A stretch of DNA of 63,385 nucleotides, counting the filler, from Octopus bimaculoides (Eukaryota), in NCBI RefSeq assembly GCF_001194135.2. It is 5 parts of 5 records of this genome, joined end to end, with 100 filler letters (N's around TTAATTAATTAA, not from the genome) between each part and the next. Parts side by side here need not be neighbours in the genome. Positions count along the whole stretch, not along the records: positions 1 to 28,320 come from NC_069008.1; 4 more parts are not named here. One strand, written 5' to 3'. The position numbers and the translations under genes were made by a program. This document shows, piece after piece, positions 1 through 13,865 of this stretch (the stretch's first letter is position 1; the number at the start of each line of letters is the position of its first letter). The notes under the pieces were generated by a model, which was not told where the DNA came from, ran no database searches, and saw only the letters and a program-made list of their open reading frames with translations.

Positions 1-189
1 TATTATTGAGAGCCTCCTCTGATATGTGGCATTTGGTGAATAAGGGAGTTTGATACACATTTTTTTACGCCTATTACACTTTTTTTTTTGTTTTGGTGAT
101 CGGGAGTTAAAGAAAGCATTAGCCAAAAAATCCAAAAAAAATATATCCCCGTCAAAACGGAGAAATACCAATTTGTTGGTGCTACCTAT

Positions 190-520
190 CTCCGACGTCC
201 GCCCACAAATCATAGCCATCTCTCATCCATAAAAGATGAGGGGACACAAACAATTGACAGGTCAACAATCGAACTTGTACAGTATTTAAGATTGAATATT
301 TTCATTGTTTAATACTTACGGAAATGTTTCATAAAGGATAGTGTCGTTATAAATGCGAGCATTATGTGTATTAAATGAATGATAGTTACGAGAAATTCAA
401 GTAAAAGACATATTTGCTGCTAAATCAAATAAATACCACAGTACGTTTAATGCGTCTGCCTATCTTTTATACCTAATATTTACAGTAGCTAACACTTGTT
501 ACTTCCCTTCAATTTTCACA
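190..520 (-). promoter_or_regulatory. Copy 1 of the ZNF promoter / non-coding leader exon module (its gene probably lies left of the window)
   Basis: Similar to 20390-20700 and 27290-27850. Shares the block ATATTTTCATTGTTTAATACTTACGGAAAT, which gives a minus-strand GTAAGT donor at 314-319. Confidence 0.55.
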
Positions 521-894
521 ATACTACCACCGATTGTGTTTGTGTCTCTGTATATATATGACGAGCGTATATTGTATAACACTCCATTATATTATTTCAC
601 ACGAAACCGATTGGTAAGAATTAGCCGTAATGGACAGTTAACGGTAAATTTTGATCCTTTCACCTGCACGATTTTCAATAAGAAAATAAAAAAACTTGGT
701 TTGCAGTATATTAGCAGGTCAGGATACTTGATTACACGCAAAAAATCCGAGTTTTGTTTTTGTTTTCTTAGTGAAAATCGTGCGGGTCAAAGGATCAAAT
801 AATATCCAATTAACACTATAAGATTCAGCCAATATACCCACTCTACTAACAGCTATGCGAGTGCATCTTCTTCCTGACTTATGATCTCTTAGAG

Positions 895-1155
895 CAGTGC
901 TTCTCAAACTATCTGTTGTGGCGTACCGGCAGTTTTTTCCCCATGTGCCAGGGACTGTTAATATTTCTTAGTAATATTAATTTATACCGGAAGCAATATA
1001 TATATAATGAATATAATAAAAATTGACAATTTTTTTAATCTTGTATTTATTTTGTAAGCAAATAATACAATATTACATAAACATTTTATAATGTTTCTTT
1101 TCTGGAAAATTGCCGCGTACCGGCAGCTGATGGCTCGCTGACCGCCACTTGAAGT
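895..1155. mobile_element. hAT-like MITE, right end lost
   Basis: Begins CAGTGCTTCTCAAACT, a typical hAT/Charlie terminus. Internal GCGTACCGGCAG occurs twice. The right end runs into a microsatellite. Confidence 0.5.
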
Positions 1156-1191
1156 ATACATATATGTATGTATGTGTGTGTATGTATATAT

Positions 1192-1374
1192 ATGCGTATA
1201 AGAAGGGATGACCACTAAGTGGACATCCGATATGCCAGAAANNNNNNNNNNTAAGTGGACATCCGATATGCCAGAAATAGATCACCTACGATCTAATCTT
1301 TGTGGTTAGATCGTAGGTGATCTATTTCTGGCATATCGGATGTCCACTTAATGGTCATCCCTTCTTATACGCAT
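1192..1374. repeat. Near-perfect ~69-bp-arm palindrome (foldback)
   Basis: ATGCGTATAAGAAGGGATGACCA...ACCTACGATCTAA, a 9-nt loop (TCTTTGTGG), then the reverse complement with one mismatch. An 11-N gap duplicates about 24 bp of the left arm. Confidence 0.85.
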
Positions 1375-1375
1375 G

Positions 1376-1900
1376 TAATACAATTTTTCTGAATTTTCAG
1401 ATTTTTTTATATGCTAGACCACTGGTTTTAAATTGATGTTAATTAAATTAATAGGATCTTTCTGATTTGGCGGATACCATTTGTTTTCTAACAAAACACT
1501 TTCAAACTTGGGATACTGGTAGAATGTGTCATATAAAACATCTTTTTCTCTTAGCCTTGTTAAGAAAAGTTTGTATATTCGAAGTTATTTCATGTTAAAA
1601 GTTGTCGTATTTCGGTAATTTCAACCAATCAGTGACGTCATTTGAGGTGAAAATAATTAGTTGTGGTTTGTCAACAACACATTGTAGCGGTGTAATCGGA
1701 TCTTTTCCCTTGAATAAAATTACTGCCGTTGTTTGTCAACAACAACTATCGGCGGTACTGTTATTTATGACATCGTTCGTGCGTTTGAACTAGTTTTAGC
1801 TTTAGGGTTTTAGGGTTGGGGTTACGGTTTTAGAGTTAGGGTTATGACTATTTTTGCCAAATTTGGTGAAAAATTTGTGGCGGTGTATTGAACAGACCTT
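1376..1900. mobile_element. Putative non-autonomous (Helitron/Helentron-like) element with degenerate telomeric repeats
   Basis: Six TTAGGG-like units at 1802-1841 near one end, followed by a short GC-containing terminus and a T run. The class assignment is inference. Confidence 0.3.
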
Positions 1901-2265
1901 TTGATTTCAGGCTTTGTTCCCATGCCAAGAATTTCTTTAATAATTATGTTACAGATTCTATGAGAGCAAGATCATCAGCATGAGCTTGCAGTCTTAAATT
2001 CCTGTTATGGCCTGGAAGACAATAATGTATGGGGGGGGGGACCACCTACCTGCACACTAAATCTGTTAGTGTACTCATGGCTAACTCTTACCTCACTAAC
2101 AGCATCCCTACACATGACCCACTAAATTTATATCCTTTATTTCCCATTAATACAGTGGCTTTCTTGTTAACAGCATTCCTTTGAATATCACATTAGACTA
2201 TCACAAACAGAATGGAAGAGAAATTTCAGAATGTTCCGAGTGAGAAATCTCAGGAAAATTATTTA

Positions 2266-2504
2266 CATTATTTACATTTGACGGATATTTGTCCTCATCT
2301 TGTTAGTTGTTAACGTGTTTCAGCTGATATATCCTCCAGCCTACATCAGGTGTCTTGGGGAAATTTTGAACCTAGGTTCTCATTCCTAAGGTATTTTACA
2401 ATATTATTATTATTAATATTATTCAGGTCACTGCCTGGAACCGAACTCAGAATCTTGGGGTTAGTAGCCCACGCTCTTAACCACAACGCCATATGCCTGT
2501 GGGC
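2266..2504 (-). mobile_element. tRNA-derived SINE with internal (AAT)n and hammerhead-like tail
   Basis: The minus strand reads ATGGCGTTGTGGTTAAGAGCGTGGGCTACTAACCCCAAGATTCTGAGTTCGGTTCCAG (A/B-box-like head), then an AAT-rich stretch, then a tail ending in ATGTAAATAATGTA-type repeats. Confidence 0.75.
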
Positions 2505-2614
2505 TCGGCAAAATTATTCCATCACAAAAAGGTTATTATATGTTTAATGTGAGGCTTTTTAATGTAGAAAGATAAAGTGTATGGAAGATAATTACCATTT
2601 GGTGCTATGGAAAG

Positions 2615-4902
2615 GAAAAAAAAAGAATGAAACAAATCTTTTAATTGCAGGTTCAATTCCTGATTAGAAGTAGAAGACAGAATTTTTGTATCCATGACAG
2701 GTAACATGGAGAAACCAGCACATGCTTCATTTTAGGTGATAGATGATACTTTTAAAACTGAACCTAATGTATTTCATCAGGTATGGCTGTGTGGTTATGT
2801 AGTTCACTTCTGAGCCACATAGTTTGGGGTTCAGTCCTGCTGCATGACACCCTGGGCAAGTGTCTTTTACTATAAACACTGAGGTTGGCAAAATCTTGTA
2901 GAAGCCTGAATCATCTATATGTGTCCCATCCATTGCTTAAAAACCAGTGTTGGTTTGTTTACATCCCCATAACCTCCCAGTTCAGCAAATGAACTTTTAG
3001 AATAAGCACCAGATTAGAGACCCAGACATGGCTGTATGATTACCAAATTTGATTCACAACCACATACTTTCAGTGTTAGTGCCACCAAATAGCACCTTGA
3101 GTAAGTGACTTCTAGAGACCTGAGCCAACCAATGCCCTGTAAGTAATGTCTTTTTACAATAAAGTTCTTCTCATGCTGTATTGCACTGTTAATCCCCTAA
3201 ACAGAATTTTCTGCTAAATACATTGACAGAAACGAAAAAAAAATCAGAGACACATTGTAACAGTTGGAGGCTCACTTTGTGAAGTCTTCATAGCACAATT
3301 CTATATTTGTATTCCTGATATTTCTACCAATAACAAACATAAAACAATTTGATTGACAAACACAAAGATCTTTATTTTAAGGACAATATATCATTTTGAA
3401 ACTGATACAGTTATTTTTCTGTACGAATACATTTGTGTGTATTAAAGCTGATTCTATAAGAGAAAGATTTACCACAGATATCACAAAGATAAGGCTTTTC
3501 TCCTGTATGAATACGGTTGTGTGTAGTTAAGCTATTTTTATGAGAAAATGATTTACCACAAATATCACAATGAAATGGCTTCTCTCCTGTATGAATACGG
3601 CTGTGTTTAGTTAAGTCACAATTTTGAGAGAATGATTTCCCACAGATATCACAGTGATATGGTTTATCTTGTGTATGAATATATATGTGTTCAGTCAAGC
3701 GCTGACTTTGAGAGAATGATTTCCCACAGATATCACAGTGATATGGCTTCTCACCTGTATGAATATATTTGTGAGTTGTTAAGGTATGTCTCCGAGAGAA
3801 CGATTTACCACAGATATCACAATGATATGGCTTTTCTCCTGTATGAATACGATTGTGTTTAGTTAAGTCACCATTATGAGAGAAAGATTTACCACAGACT
3901 TCACAGTGATATGGCTTTTCTCCTGTATGAATACGTACGTGTTTAGTTAAGTCGCCATTTTTTGAAAATGATTTACCACAGATATCACAGTGATATCGTT
4001 TCTCCCCTGTATGAATATATTTGTGTTCAGTTAAGTGCTGCCTTTGAGAGAATAATTTACCACATGTTTCACAATGATATGGTTTATCTCCTGTATGAAT
4101 ACGTATATGTATAGTTAAGTTTTTACGCTGAGAGAAGGATTTACCACAGGTATCACAGTGATATGGTTTCTCACCTGTATGAATATATTCATGAGTAGTC
4201 AAGACATGTCTCTGAGAGAATGATTTGCCACAGATGTCACAATGATATGGTCTATCTCCTGTATGAATACGTTCATGTCTAATGAGGTGACTCTTTTTAG
4301 AAAATATCTTGTTACAAATATCACACTGGTATGGGGTTTTATCTGTTTTTTTCTTTGTAGCATCAGGAGAATCTATTCTTTTAGATTCCCTTTTAAATTC
4401 AACTTTCTCATACAATTCATTTTCCATAATTAAGCTTCTCAAAACACAATACAGAGATGTTTATCTCTTTTTATTTTTATAGTTGATTTCAAACAAATAC
4501 TTATGTTTACACTGCTATATTTCATCAACAGTGGTCTTTGTTGCTACCTGAAGATTCTGCAAATGCCTCGGTAATTCAAGTTCAGTATGAAGGCAAAAAT
4601 CATCTTGTAATTATTCCAAATAGTGAAGTTGAGAAATGTTATTAATCACAAAACAATGTTATATATGTTCTGTGTAAAATACCTTCCTTTAATCTTTAAA
4701 TGATAAATACTGCTAATGTGTTTGATGGTAAAGAATTCTTTGATGCCAATGTCATGAGATATTCTGAAATGATAGACAAAACAAGAACTTTGTAAGACAC
4801 AGAAGATACTTAAAATGTAGCAGAACACTCTCAAGTCATCATGTACTCACCCCACCCCACCTCTTGCCTACCTTCCATCCAACTCATCATTGATCACCCT
4901 TC
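2615..4902 (-). repeat. Left arm of an inverted segmental duplication (ZNF-A unit)
   Basis: Reverse-complement similarity to 7725-9463. For example, the spurious ORFs 4646-4834(-) and 7795-7983(+) translate almost identically, and 2650-2830 matches 9250-9440. Confidence 0.9.
3411..4427 (-). CDS. C2H2 zinc-finger protein ZNF-A (338 aa, 10 canonical + 1 degenerate finger)
   Basis: Uninterrupted ORF of [21 protein letters not shown] repeats. First ATG at 4427 (the ORF track starts at a TTG). The last finger ends HKCIR (His lost). AATAAA at 3371-3376. Confidence 0.95.
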   Translation of the reverse strand: MENELYEKVEFKRESKRIDSPDATKKKTDKTPYQCDICNKIFSKKSHLIRHERIHTGDRPYHCDICGKSFSQRHVLTTHEYIHTGEKPYHCDTCGKSFSQRKNLTIHIRIHTGDKPYHCETCGKLFSQRQHLTEHKYIHTGEKRYHCDICGKSFSKNGDLTKHVRIHTGEKPYHCEVCGKSFSHNGDLTKHNRIHTGEKPYHCDICGKSFSRRHTLTTHKYIHTGEKPYHCDICGKSFSQSQRLTEHIYIHTQDKPYHCDICGKSFSQNCDLTKHSRIHTGEKPFHCDICGKSFSHKNSLTTHNRIHTGEKPYLCDICGKSFSYRISFNTHKCIRTEK

Positions 4903-4904
4903 AC

Positions 4905-5225
4905 AGCAAGTTGTTTTACACCTATTACACTATTTTTTTTTTTGTTTTTGAGCTCGGGTGAAACACTATAGTTTAGAGGCCATGGACTGACGATGTGTGA
5001 CAATGTGAATGTTCCCAGTCCTCTCCCCACCACCCTTTCACGAACGCGCATTTTTTTTTTCATATTCGTTCAGAGCAAGTTGTTTTACATTTATTGCACG
5101 ATTTTTCTTTTGTTTCTTGGCTCTGGTGAGTTGACTCAGAACATTCACAATGTGAATGTTCCGAGTCCTCTTCCCACCCCTTTCGCGAGCACGCATCTTT
5201 TTTTCATATTCATTCAGAGCAAGTT
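4905..5225. repeat. Tandem repeat, ~145-bp unit, running into a 900-N gap
   Basis: CAATGTGAATGTTCC recurs at 5001 and 5148. GAGCAAGTT recurs at 5073 and 5217, with AGCAAGTT at ~4906. A related segment lies at 60-130. Confidence 0.8.
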
Positions 5226-7724
5226 NNNNNNNNNNNNNNNNNNNNNNNNNNNNNNNNNNNNNNNNNNNNNNNNNNNNNNNNNNNNNNNNNNNNNNNNNNN
5301 NNNNNNNNNNNNNNNNNNNNNNNNNNNNNNNNNNNNNNNNNNNNNNNNNNNNNNNNNNNNNNNNNNNNNNNNNNNNNNNNNNNNNNNNNNNNNNNNNNNN
5401 NNNNNNNNNNNNNNNNNNNNNNNNNNNNNNNNNNNNNNNNNNNNNNNNNNNNNNNNNNNNNNNNNNNNNNNNNNNNNNNNNNNNNNNNNNNNNNNNNNNN
5501 NNNNNNNNNNNNNNNNNNNNNNNNNNNNNNNNNNNNNNNNNNNNNNNNNNNNNNNNNNNNNNNNNNNNNNNNNNNNNNNNNNNNNNNNNNNNNNNNNNNN
5601 NNNNNNNNNNNNNNNNNNNNNNNNNNNNNNNNNNNNNNNNNNNNNNNNNNNNNNNNNNNNNNNNNNNNNNNNNNNNNNNNNNNNNNNNNNNNNNNNNNNN
5701 NNNNNNNNNNNNNNNNNNNNNNNNNNNNNNNNNNNNNNNNNNNNNNNNNNNNNNNNNNNNNNNNNNNNNNNNNNNNNNNNNNNNNNNNNNNNNNNNNNNN
5801 NNNNNNNNNNNNNNNNNNNNNNNNNNNNNNNNNNNNNNNNNNNNNNNNNNNNNNNNNNNNNNNNNNNNNNNNNNNNNNNNNNNNNNNNNNNNNNNNNNNN
5901 NNNNNNNNNNNNNNNNNNNNNNNNNNNNNNNNNNNNNNNNNNNNNNNNNNNNNNNNNNNNNNNNNNNNNNNNNNNNNNNNNNNNNNNNNNNNNNNNNNNN
6001 NNNNNNNNNNNNNNNNNNNNNNNNNNNNNNNNNNNNNNNNNNNNNNNNNNNNNNNNNNNNNNNNNNNNNNNNNNNNNNNNNNNNNNNNNNNNNNNNNNNN
6101 NNNNNNNNNNNNNNNNNNNNNNNNNNNNNNNNNNNCATAGTTCAATGAATTCCCGTGTGTAGAACACTAATTCACAAAAATTTTCTGAAAATTCCCCCCC
6201 CCCAAAAAATAAAGTTACGAGGGTTTATAATATGCCGTGCGTAAAACAGTCTGTTGTAAGACTTCCCACCGGATAATCTTTTGAAGTTACTATAGGAGGG
6301 TTGTACTAACAGAAAACCATCTTAAAATAAATAAAAATGTAAGAAATTATTTCTCTACTTACAATTTGATTAAACTTTTAATCTTCAAATAGTTCCCTCA
6401 ATCGTATTTTTCATACAATAGTTGAAATCTACTCAGAGAAGTCGTTCATTTCAGACGAGAGAAGAGAACAAAGATTAAATTTCTGCCAGTATTATCCGAG
6501 GAAAGAGGTTCTTAATGGGGAATGTATAAAAACGTTAGGGCTTATTTGAAATACTGAAACGAATTAATTTTTGTTATAGGAAGGAAAAACGTTTTCATTA
6601 ATGTCTTGACAGTGAAAATGACACTAGAGATTTTGTCCAGCATGCTAACGATTCCAAACACCTCGCTTGCCTCATCTGTTGGATGGATAATGCTAAAACG
6701 AAAACCCCTGCAGGGAAATACAAAAATAGATTAAGCGGAACGAATGGATATATACTAAAAAGGTCGATAATTAAATAATCTGTTTTATAACCCGTTAGTA
6801 TTTTATTTTTATTGATTAAAAAATTTAACGTTTTTAATAAGAACACTTTTGTATTAACTTTTATGGAATAGTGGCTGATGAACCACCAGAAATAAAAGAG
6901 GAAGTGATGTGAGGTAAAGAAACGGCAGGTTTGGTTGTCCTTCAACCCTTACCTTTCTATTGAATAAATGAAAAAATATATCAACGGAGACAATTGAGTG
7001 GTAGCAGCAACAGTAGTAGTAAATGCAGACAATGCAAATAACACAGCAGACAATTTTTTCTTTCTTTATTAAATTTTTGATATCGTTTATTTTCATTTTA
7101 ATAGACGAAATATATTCAAAACCATATTAAAATGCAAATCCAAAACCGAATAAAACAAACATGAGCGAAGAAAGGGAAAGAGGAAGAAAAAGACATCAAA
7201 TCAACACTAAATGCTTGAATTGGTCGCACACGACAGAGCCGAGCGCACTTTGTTCGCTGAAAGTATATACAAAGCCATCGGCTTTATACAGTCTCAAAAT
7301 TCCAGCTACTTCTAGCTGCTGAGACATAACATGTCTGAACACCGGTGTACCAGAATGTCGTGCGTCAATATACCTCTGACTACGTTGATTCTGAGGGGGG
7401 GGGGGAACAATTGGGGTTATTTTTGAAAACTGTTCCCCCACTCAGGGGTGTTTCGGAACAAGTCGTCTATATTTGTTTCATTTTCTCCGTTTTGTGCGTT
7501 TGTGCATCCGTAGATTTCTACTGCAGCCACAAACTGGCAATGAAGGCCTCACCAGAAAACTCATTATGCTAAAAATAACAGCTAAAGATCTGGTACACAG
7601 AAATATGTTATTAAGACAACTTATCTGTTGCATACGATCTTTTTTCACTTTAAGTAAATACCCATGTAGAACCAGAAAACCTCCCGAAGAAGGTAGTTAT
7701 CATTGACTGCTTACTTGATGCTTG

Positions 7725-9463
<1,739 letters not shown>

Positions 9464-9465
9464 AC

Positions 9466-10480
9466 TCTTCTAAACTTCTCTTCATTCAAAACCCATGTCT
9501 CACTATTATACAGCATTGCAGTTCTAACATAAGCATCATAACATTTGTCCTCCACTCAAAGGGAAAAGCTTTTTCTTGGCACCAGTGGTAGTAGCTACCT
9601 GAACTTTCTCCATCCCAGGCTTACTCTGGCTATGATACCTTCACAGTAACCACCACCCTTGCTGGTGACATCTAGGTAACAGAAGATATCAACTACTTCT
9701 AGTGAACCATCCAGATATTTAAGAGAAATGATTTCTGGTTTATTCAAATGCATCTATCACATATGAAGCTCACATTCTTGGATAGTCTGCCTGTAATTTC
9801 ACTACATCTCTTGCATGAACATAGCTTACATTGTGTATAGTATATGGAGTTTGTACCTAACCTTTTTCTGCATATTGAATTAGGCCATTTCTCTGAAGAT
9901 GCCAAGGACCTTTTTTCTTTTTTACTGACTGGAATCTTAATCTTTTCTAAGTTTATCTTAAGGCCTCATACTTCAGGTTTATTTTTCATACCTGGTTTAC
10001 TTTTCATTTCCTCTCTAATTCCCCTGTAGATTCAGTTACAAGAAGTAGCTCATGAGCATATAGGAAATCTCATCAACATGATCTCAACTGTGACAGCCTT
10101 TAGGACTATGATAAATAGGAGAGGACTGAATCTTGATGAACTCCTACCTTCACATTAAATTCATTCCTGAAATTGTTGTTGACTCCTTTTACAAACTGCA
10201 TCTATGCACAAAGCTTGTACAGCCCTGACAAACAATCTGTCTACCCCTAGTTTCTTCAGTGACCACCAAATTACTGAGTGAGGTAACCTGTCAAATGCTT
10301 TCTCCAAATCCACAAAAGTCAACAGTAGTAGTTTATTCATAACCAAGTCTTTCCTGTGCAGTTGCCTTAATAGGAAGATTGCATCTCTGGTACCCTTTCC
10401 AAACTGCATCTCATCTGGGTTTACTCTATTATGGATCAATTGGGCTGTGGGTTTTACTTTCACACTTTAGTATTCCTGGG
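9466..10480 (-). mobile_element. RTE-clade LINE ORF2 fragment (decayed)
   Basis: Translates GTRDAIFLLRQL...FVDLEKAFDRLP (10161-10463) and LEVVDIFCYL...GWRKFR (~9590-9720). Confidence 0.9.
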
Positions 10481-11293
10481 TTTTATACAAAAGGATTTAC
10501 AATTCTGAAAGAAGTTTCTGTTCAAAATTTTTCAATTTATATTTTTTTGCATCTCTCTTTATTCCAAGCCCTTTCCTTCTTCATGAGGTAGTGATGCTAA
10601 TTCTGAACATCTTCCAATGAGAGGTATGGTCTTATTATAGCAGGTTACTGGAACATAAAGTCAGCATGTTGGTAATGTGATTAGGGCAGTATATTATTTT
10701 TACAGTTCATTAGGTTCTGGGTTCAAATCCCATAGAGACTGTCATTTGTTGTTTGTCTATTTTGTGTCAAATATTGGAGTTGATTATTTTTCTTTCTGTT
10801 AGGTTCAAGGGTTTAAGAAAAGAGAGTTTGAAAAGTAGCCCCTACTACTCCCTACATTGCCACAATGTAGATTCAATAACAAAGAACAAAATGAAATATA
10901 AATTTCCAATTTGGTGTTTTCTTTTACTTCTGTCCCAGGGAAATACATGGGAATAACTATAGATCTATGCCTCGTTTGCCACTGGGTGCTTATTCTATCA
11001 GCTGGCCCAGGGTCATAATAGAAGACTCTTCTACAAGCTAACACAAGTCTACTAATACTATTACTGATTATTTTGATTAAGTCTGGAAGGTGATTATCTT
11101 TAAACCAAATAAAGCCACTAATCTATCATCATCCCAAGCTATAACAATAAATAAGGGTTCGTCCCCATTGTACTTTGGGGTGAGGACCTCCAACAATCAG
11201 CTGCTGTAGGCATTTTATTATCATACACAGCATTTCAAGTTGTTGTAAATCTTTTGGATGACAATAACCAACTTGGGTGGCACTCAGTGTTAA

Positions 11294-11510
11294 CCCTTTA
11301 GCATTCAGATTACTCTGCCAAATCTAATACGAATTATTCACATTGTTTTCAATTAGTCATGCATCATTTTGTAGTTTTGAGATTTAGATAACGTGATAGT
11401 TAATTTCTAATGATATTCATGGCAGGTTAGGTGGGAGAGGCGGGATCTGGCCAGTTTGAACATAAAACAGAATATTTAGGCCGGATCTGGCCAGTTTAAA
11501 TACTGAGGGG
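11294..11510. mobile_element. piggyBac-type MITE (217 bp)
   Basis: TTAA at 11290-11293 and 11511-11514 flank imperfect TIRs CCCTTTAGCATT / AATACTGAGGGG (9/12 match). Confidence 0.75.
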
Positions 11511-11964
11511 TTAAGTTAGACTCTTACTGAGTGTGAGTGAGTGGATTCTAGCAAAGTCAATGAAACAGATTGTGAGTAACACTTCGTACTCCTGGCACTT
11601 CAATAAACTGTACCGAGATGCAAGGACACATCATGCACGTGCTTCAGGAAGGTTTCAAAGTATAATTTTCACAGTATTCACAGCAGTCATTCCTCTAGAA
11701 CAAACCAATAAAATAAGTACCAGTCTGGTTTTGAGAAGCCTTATTTCTGAAGATAGGTACTTAAGCAGTGCGTTACATATCCCAGTGCCCCAATAAATAC
11801 AGGTATAAAGCTGAAATTGTAATCTGGGTAGAGTAAGTGTATATTTGTCAATAGTTCAGCATAATTATGCCCTTTTAAAAGAACTTGATGAGTAGAATCT
11901 TTTGGTGAAAACCTCTTTACACGATATTAGATAGAAAAACAAGTTATGTTGCTTTAATTGATGA

Positions 11965-12315
11965 AGGAGTGGCTGTGTGGTAAATAGCTTGCTTACCAAC
12001 CACATGGTTCTGAGTTCAGTCCCACTGAGTTCAGTCTTCTACTATAGCCTCGGGCCGACCAAAGCCTTGTGAGTGGATTTGGTAGACGGAAAGTGAAAGA
12101 AGCCCATCGTATATATATGTTTGTGTGTCTGTTTGTCCCTCCACAACATCGCTTGACAACTGATGCTGGTGTGTTTACATCCCCGTAACTTAGCGGCTTG
12201 GCTAGAGTGACCAATAGAATAAGTACTAGGCTTACAAAGAATAAGTCCTGCTGTCAATTTGCTCGACTAAATTTACTTGTTTCAGTCAAATGACTGAAAC
12301 AAGTAAAAGAAAGAA
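11965..12315 (+). mobile_element. tRNA-derived SINE (GGAGTGGCTGTGTGGTAA family)
   Basis: Same head and core (CTATAGCCTCGGGCCGACCAAAGCCTTGTGAGTGGATTTGGTAGACGG) as 48761, 53536 and 55426; A-rich tail. Confidence 0.85.
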
Positions 12316-13550
12316 AGGGAAAAAGAATAAGAAGTAAAAAGTGATCATTTGTTATTTCACACCTATGTTCAGGGAGTGACTACTGCGGCAACTGACTACA
12401 ACTGCTACGAAACGCTCGAGATTTGAATGGGTTGACGGACTCTGCATAATTGGACATTCCCCAGACTTTTTTTTCTTATGAAGATGGGCCCTTATGTCTG
12501 AAATATAAGGGTCTTATTGAACTTACTGCATTATTAGAAGCTTTCCTTTGTCTCTCTTTTGACATGCTCTAATATCACAATGTTCAAGCAAACTACAATG
12601 CTTTAAAAAATATTTTTTCATTCTTTTAGCATTCTTATTAACTACTTTTTTCTTTATATATTGTTAGAAATGAAAAATTCTATTCAGATAATTTCTCATT
12701 TGTACGGTGCAAATTTCAACACCACTCTCCGGTTTTGCAGGCGAAGCTGAAAAAATAATTCTTTGTTTTCTCGTGATTGTTTAAAGCGTAGGCGATATGA
12801 TTTTGGTGCGCTTTTTTTCTGTGTGGGCGAACTATAAATAATACTATTGAACACATGATGAGTTTAGACTTGCACTGGGAGCTGAGTGACATTGATGTGT
12901 GAAGTGGTTGGTTCAGAGTTTGCTGCAAATCAATGTGAGTGGTTTATGTGAATAGTTGATCTGAGGTAGATGCAATGCAGCCGAGGTCCAGCAGTTTGTG
13001 TTGAACAGTTGACACAGTAATTGGTGTCCGAAGTGAGATATGTGTGGTGATGGTGAATGTAAGTGGTTAATGTGAACAATGGCATCTTTGTGAGTCGGTT
13101 AATGTTAAGTGGTGATTTTTGAAGGTGGAAGGTTTTGAAATTGCTGCAAAAATAGGCAGCATGAACTTGGCATCATAAAGAATGTGGAGTGATTACTGGA
13201 CTAAGGTAAATTTGGAAGTAACAAGAGTCCAGTCGACAAAGAAAAAAAAGATAAAAATATAATGAATCATGAGACTGGTGAATAAGAAAGAAGAGTTCAC
13301 CAGAAGTTTACACATTTCAAAGAACTCTGTTTATTCCATAAATGTTTATTCCATAAATGTTTATTCGCTTTTTAATTAAAGTTCTTTTACTTTGTTTATA
13401 CGCAACGGTTTTGTTTGTTCTTATCAACTCTTCTGACTTCTGTAACTTCTTCCACTCCAAGCAAGTTTGCTTGCTGAGCACACCTATCGTCTCCTAGGCT
13501 ATGGATGCAGACTGTTGGTGGTATCAGGAGGCTGTGTGGGACATAACAAC

Positions 13551-13865
13551 TGGTGTCAAAAGTGGGATATATTTAATACTGTACTCAGCTAATTATTCAC
13601 TATGGATCCAGAAGGAGTGCACACAAGGAAGGAAGCAGCAAAGGAAGAGGTTTCTCTGACTACAATCATGAAAGCATTACAAAGTCAAAATGATAAACTG
13701 ACCGAGTTGAAGGAAGAGCAGAAGGCACAACAGATACGTCTTTAGGGACAGCTGGACACACTTGTGAAAAGAATGGTGGAGGAACAACAACAGTTCCATG
13801 GAAAAGTACATGAAGACTTAGAGCAGTACAGACATGAGGTGACTGATGATATTACAAGATGCAAC
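13551..13865 (+). mobile_element. Gypsy/Ty3-like LTR retrotransposon 5' remnant: tRNA-Leu PBS plus gag N-terminus
   Basis: ...ATAACA (LTR-like end at 13548), then TGGTGTCAAAAGTGGGAT, a 17/18 match to the complement of the tRNA-Leu(CAA) 3' end as I recall it. An ATG at 13602 opens a coiled-coil-like peptide MDPEGVHTRKEAAKEEVSLTTIMKALQSQNDKLTELKEEQ with one in-frame stop. Confidence 0.65.

Noticed and set aside
12716-13160. Possible Penelope or other TE coding relic within the presumed LTR region
   Set aside because: Only vague NHL-like motifs with many stops; the family could not be assigned.
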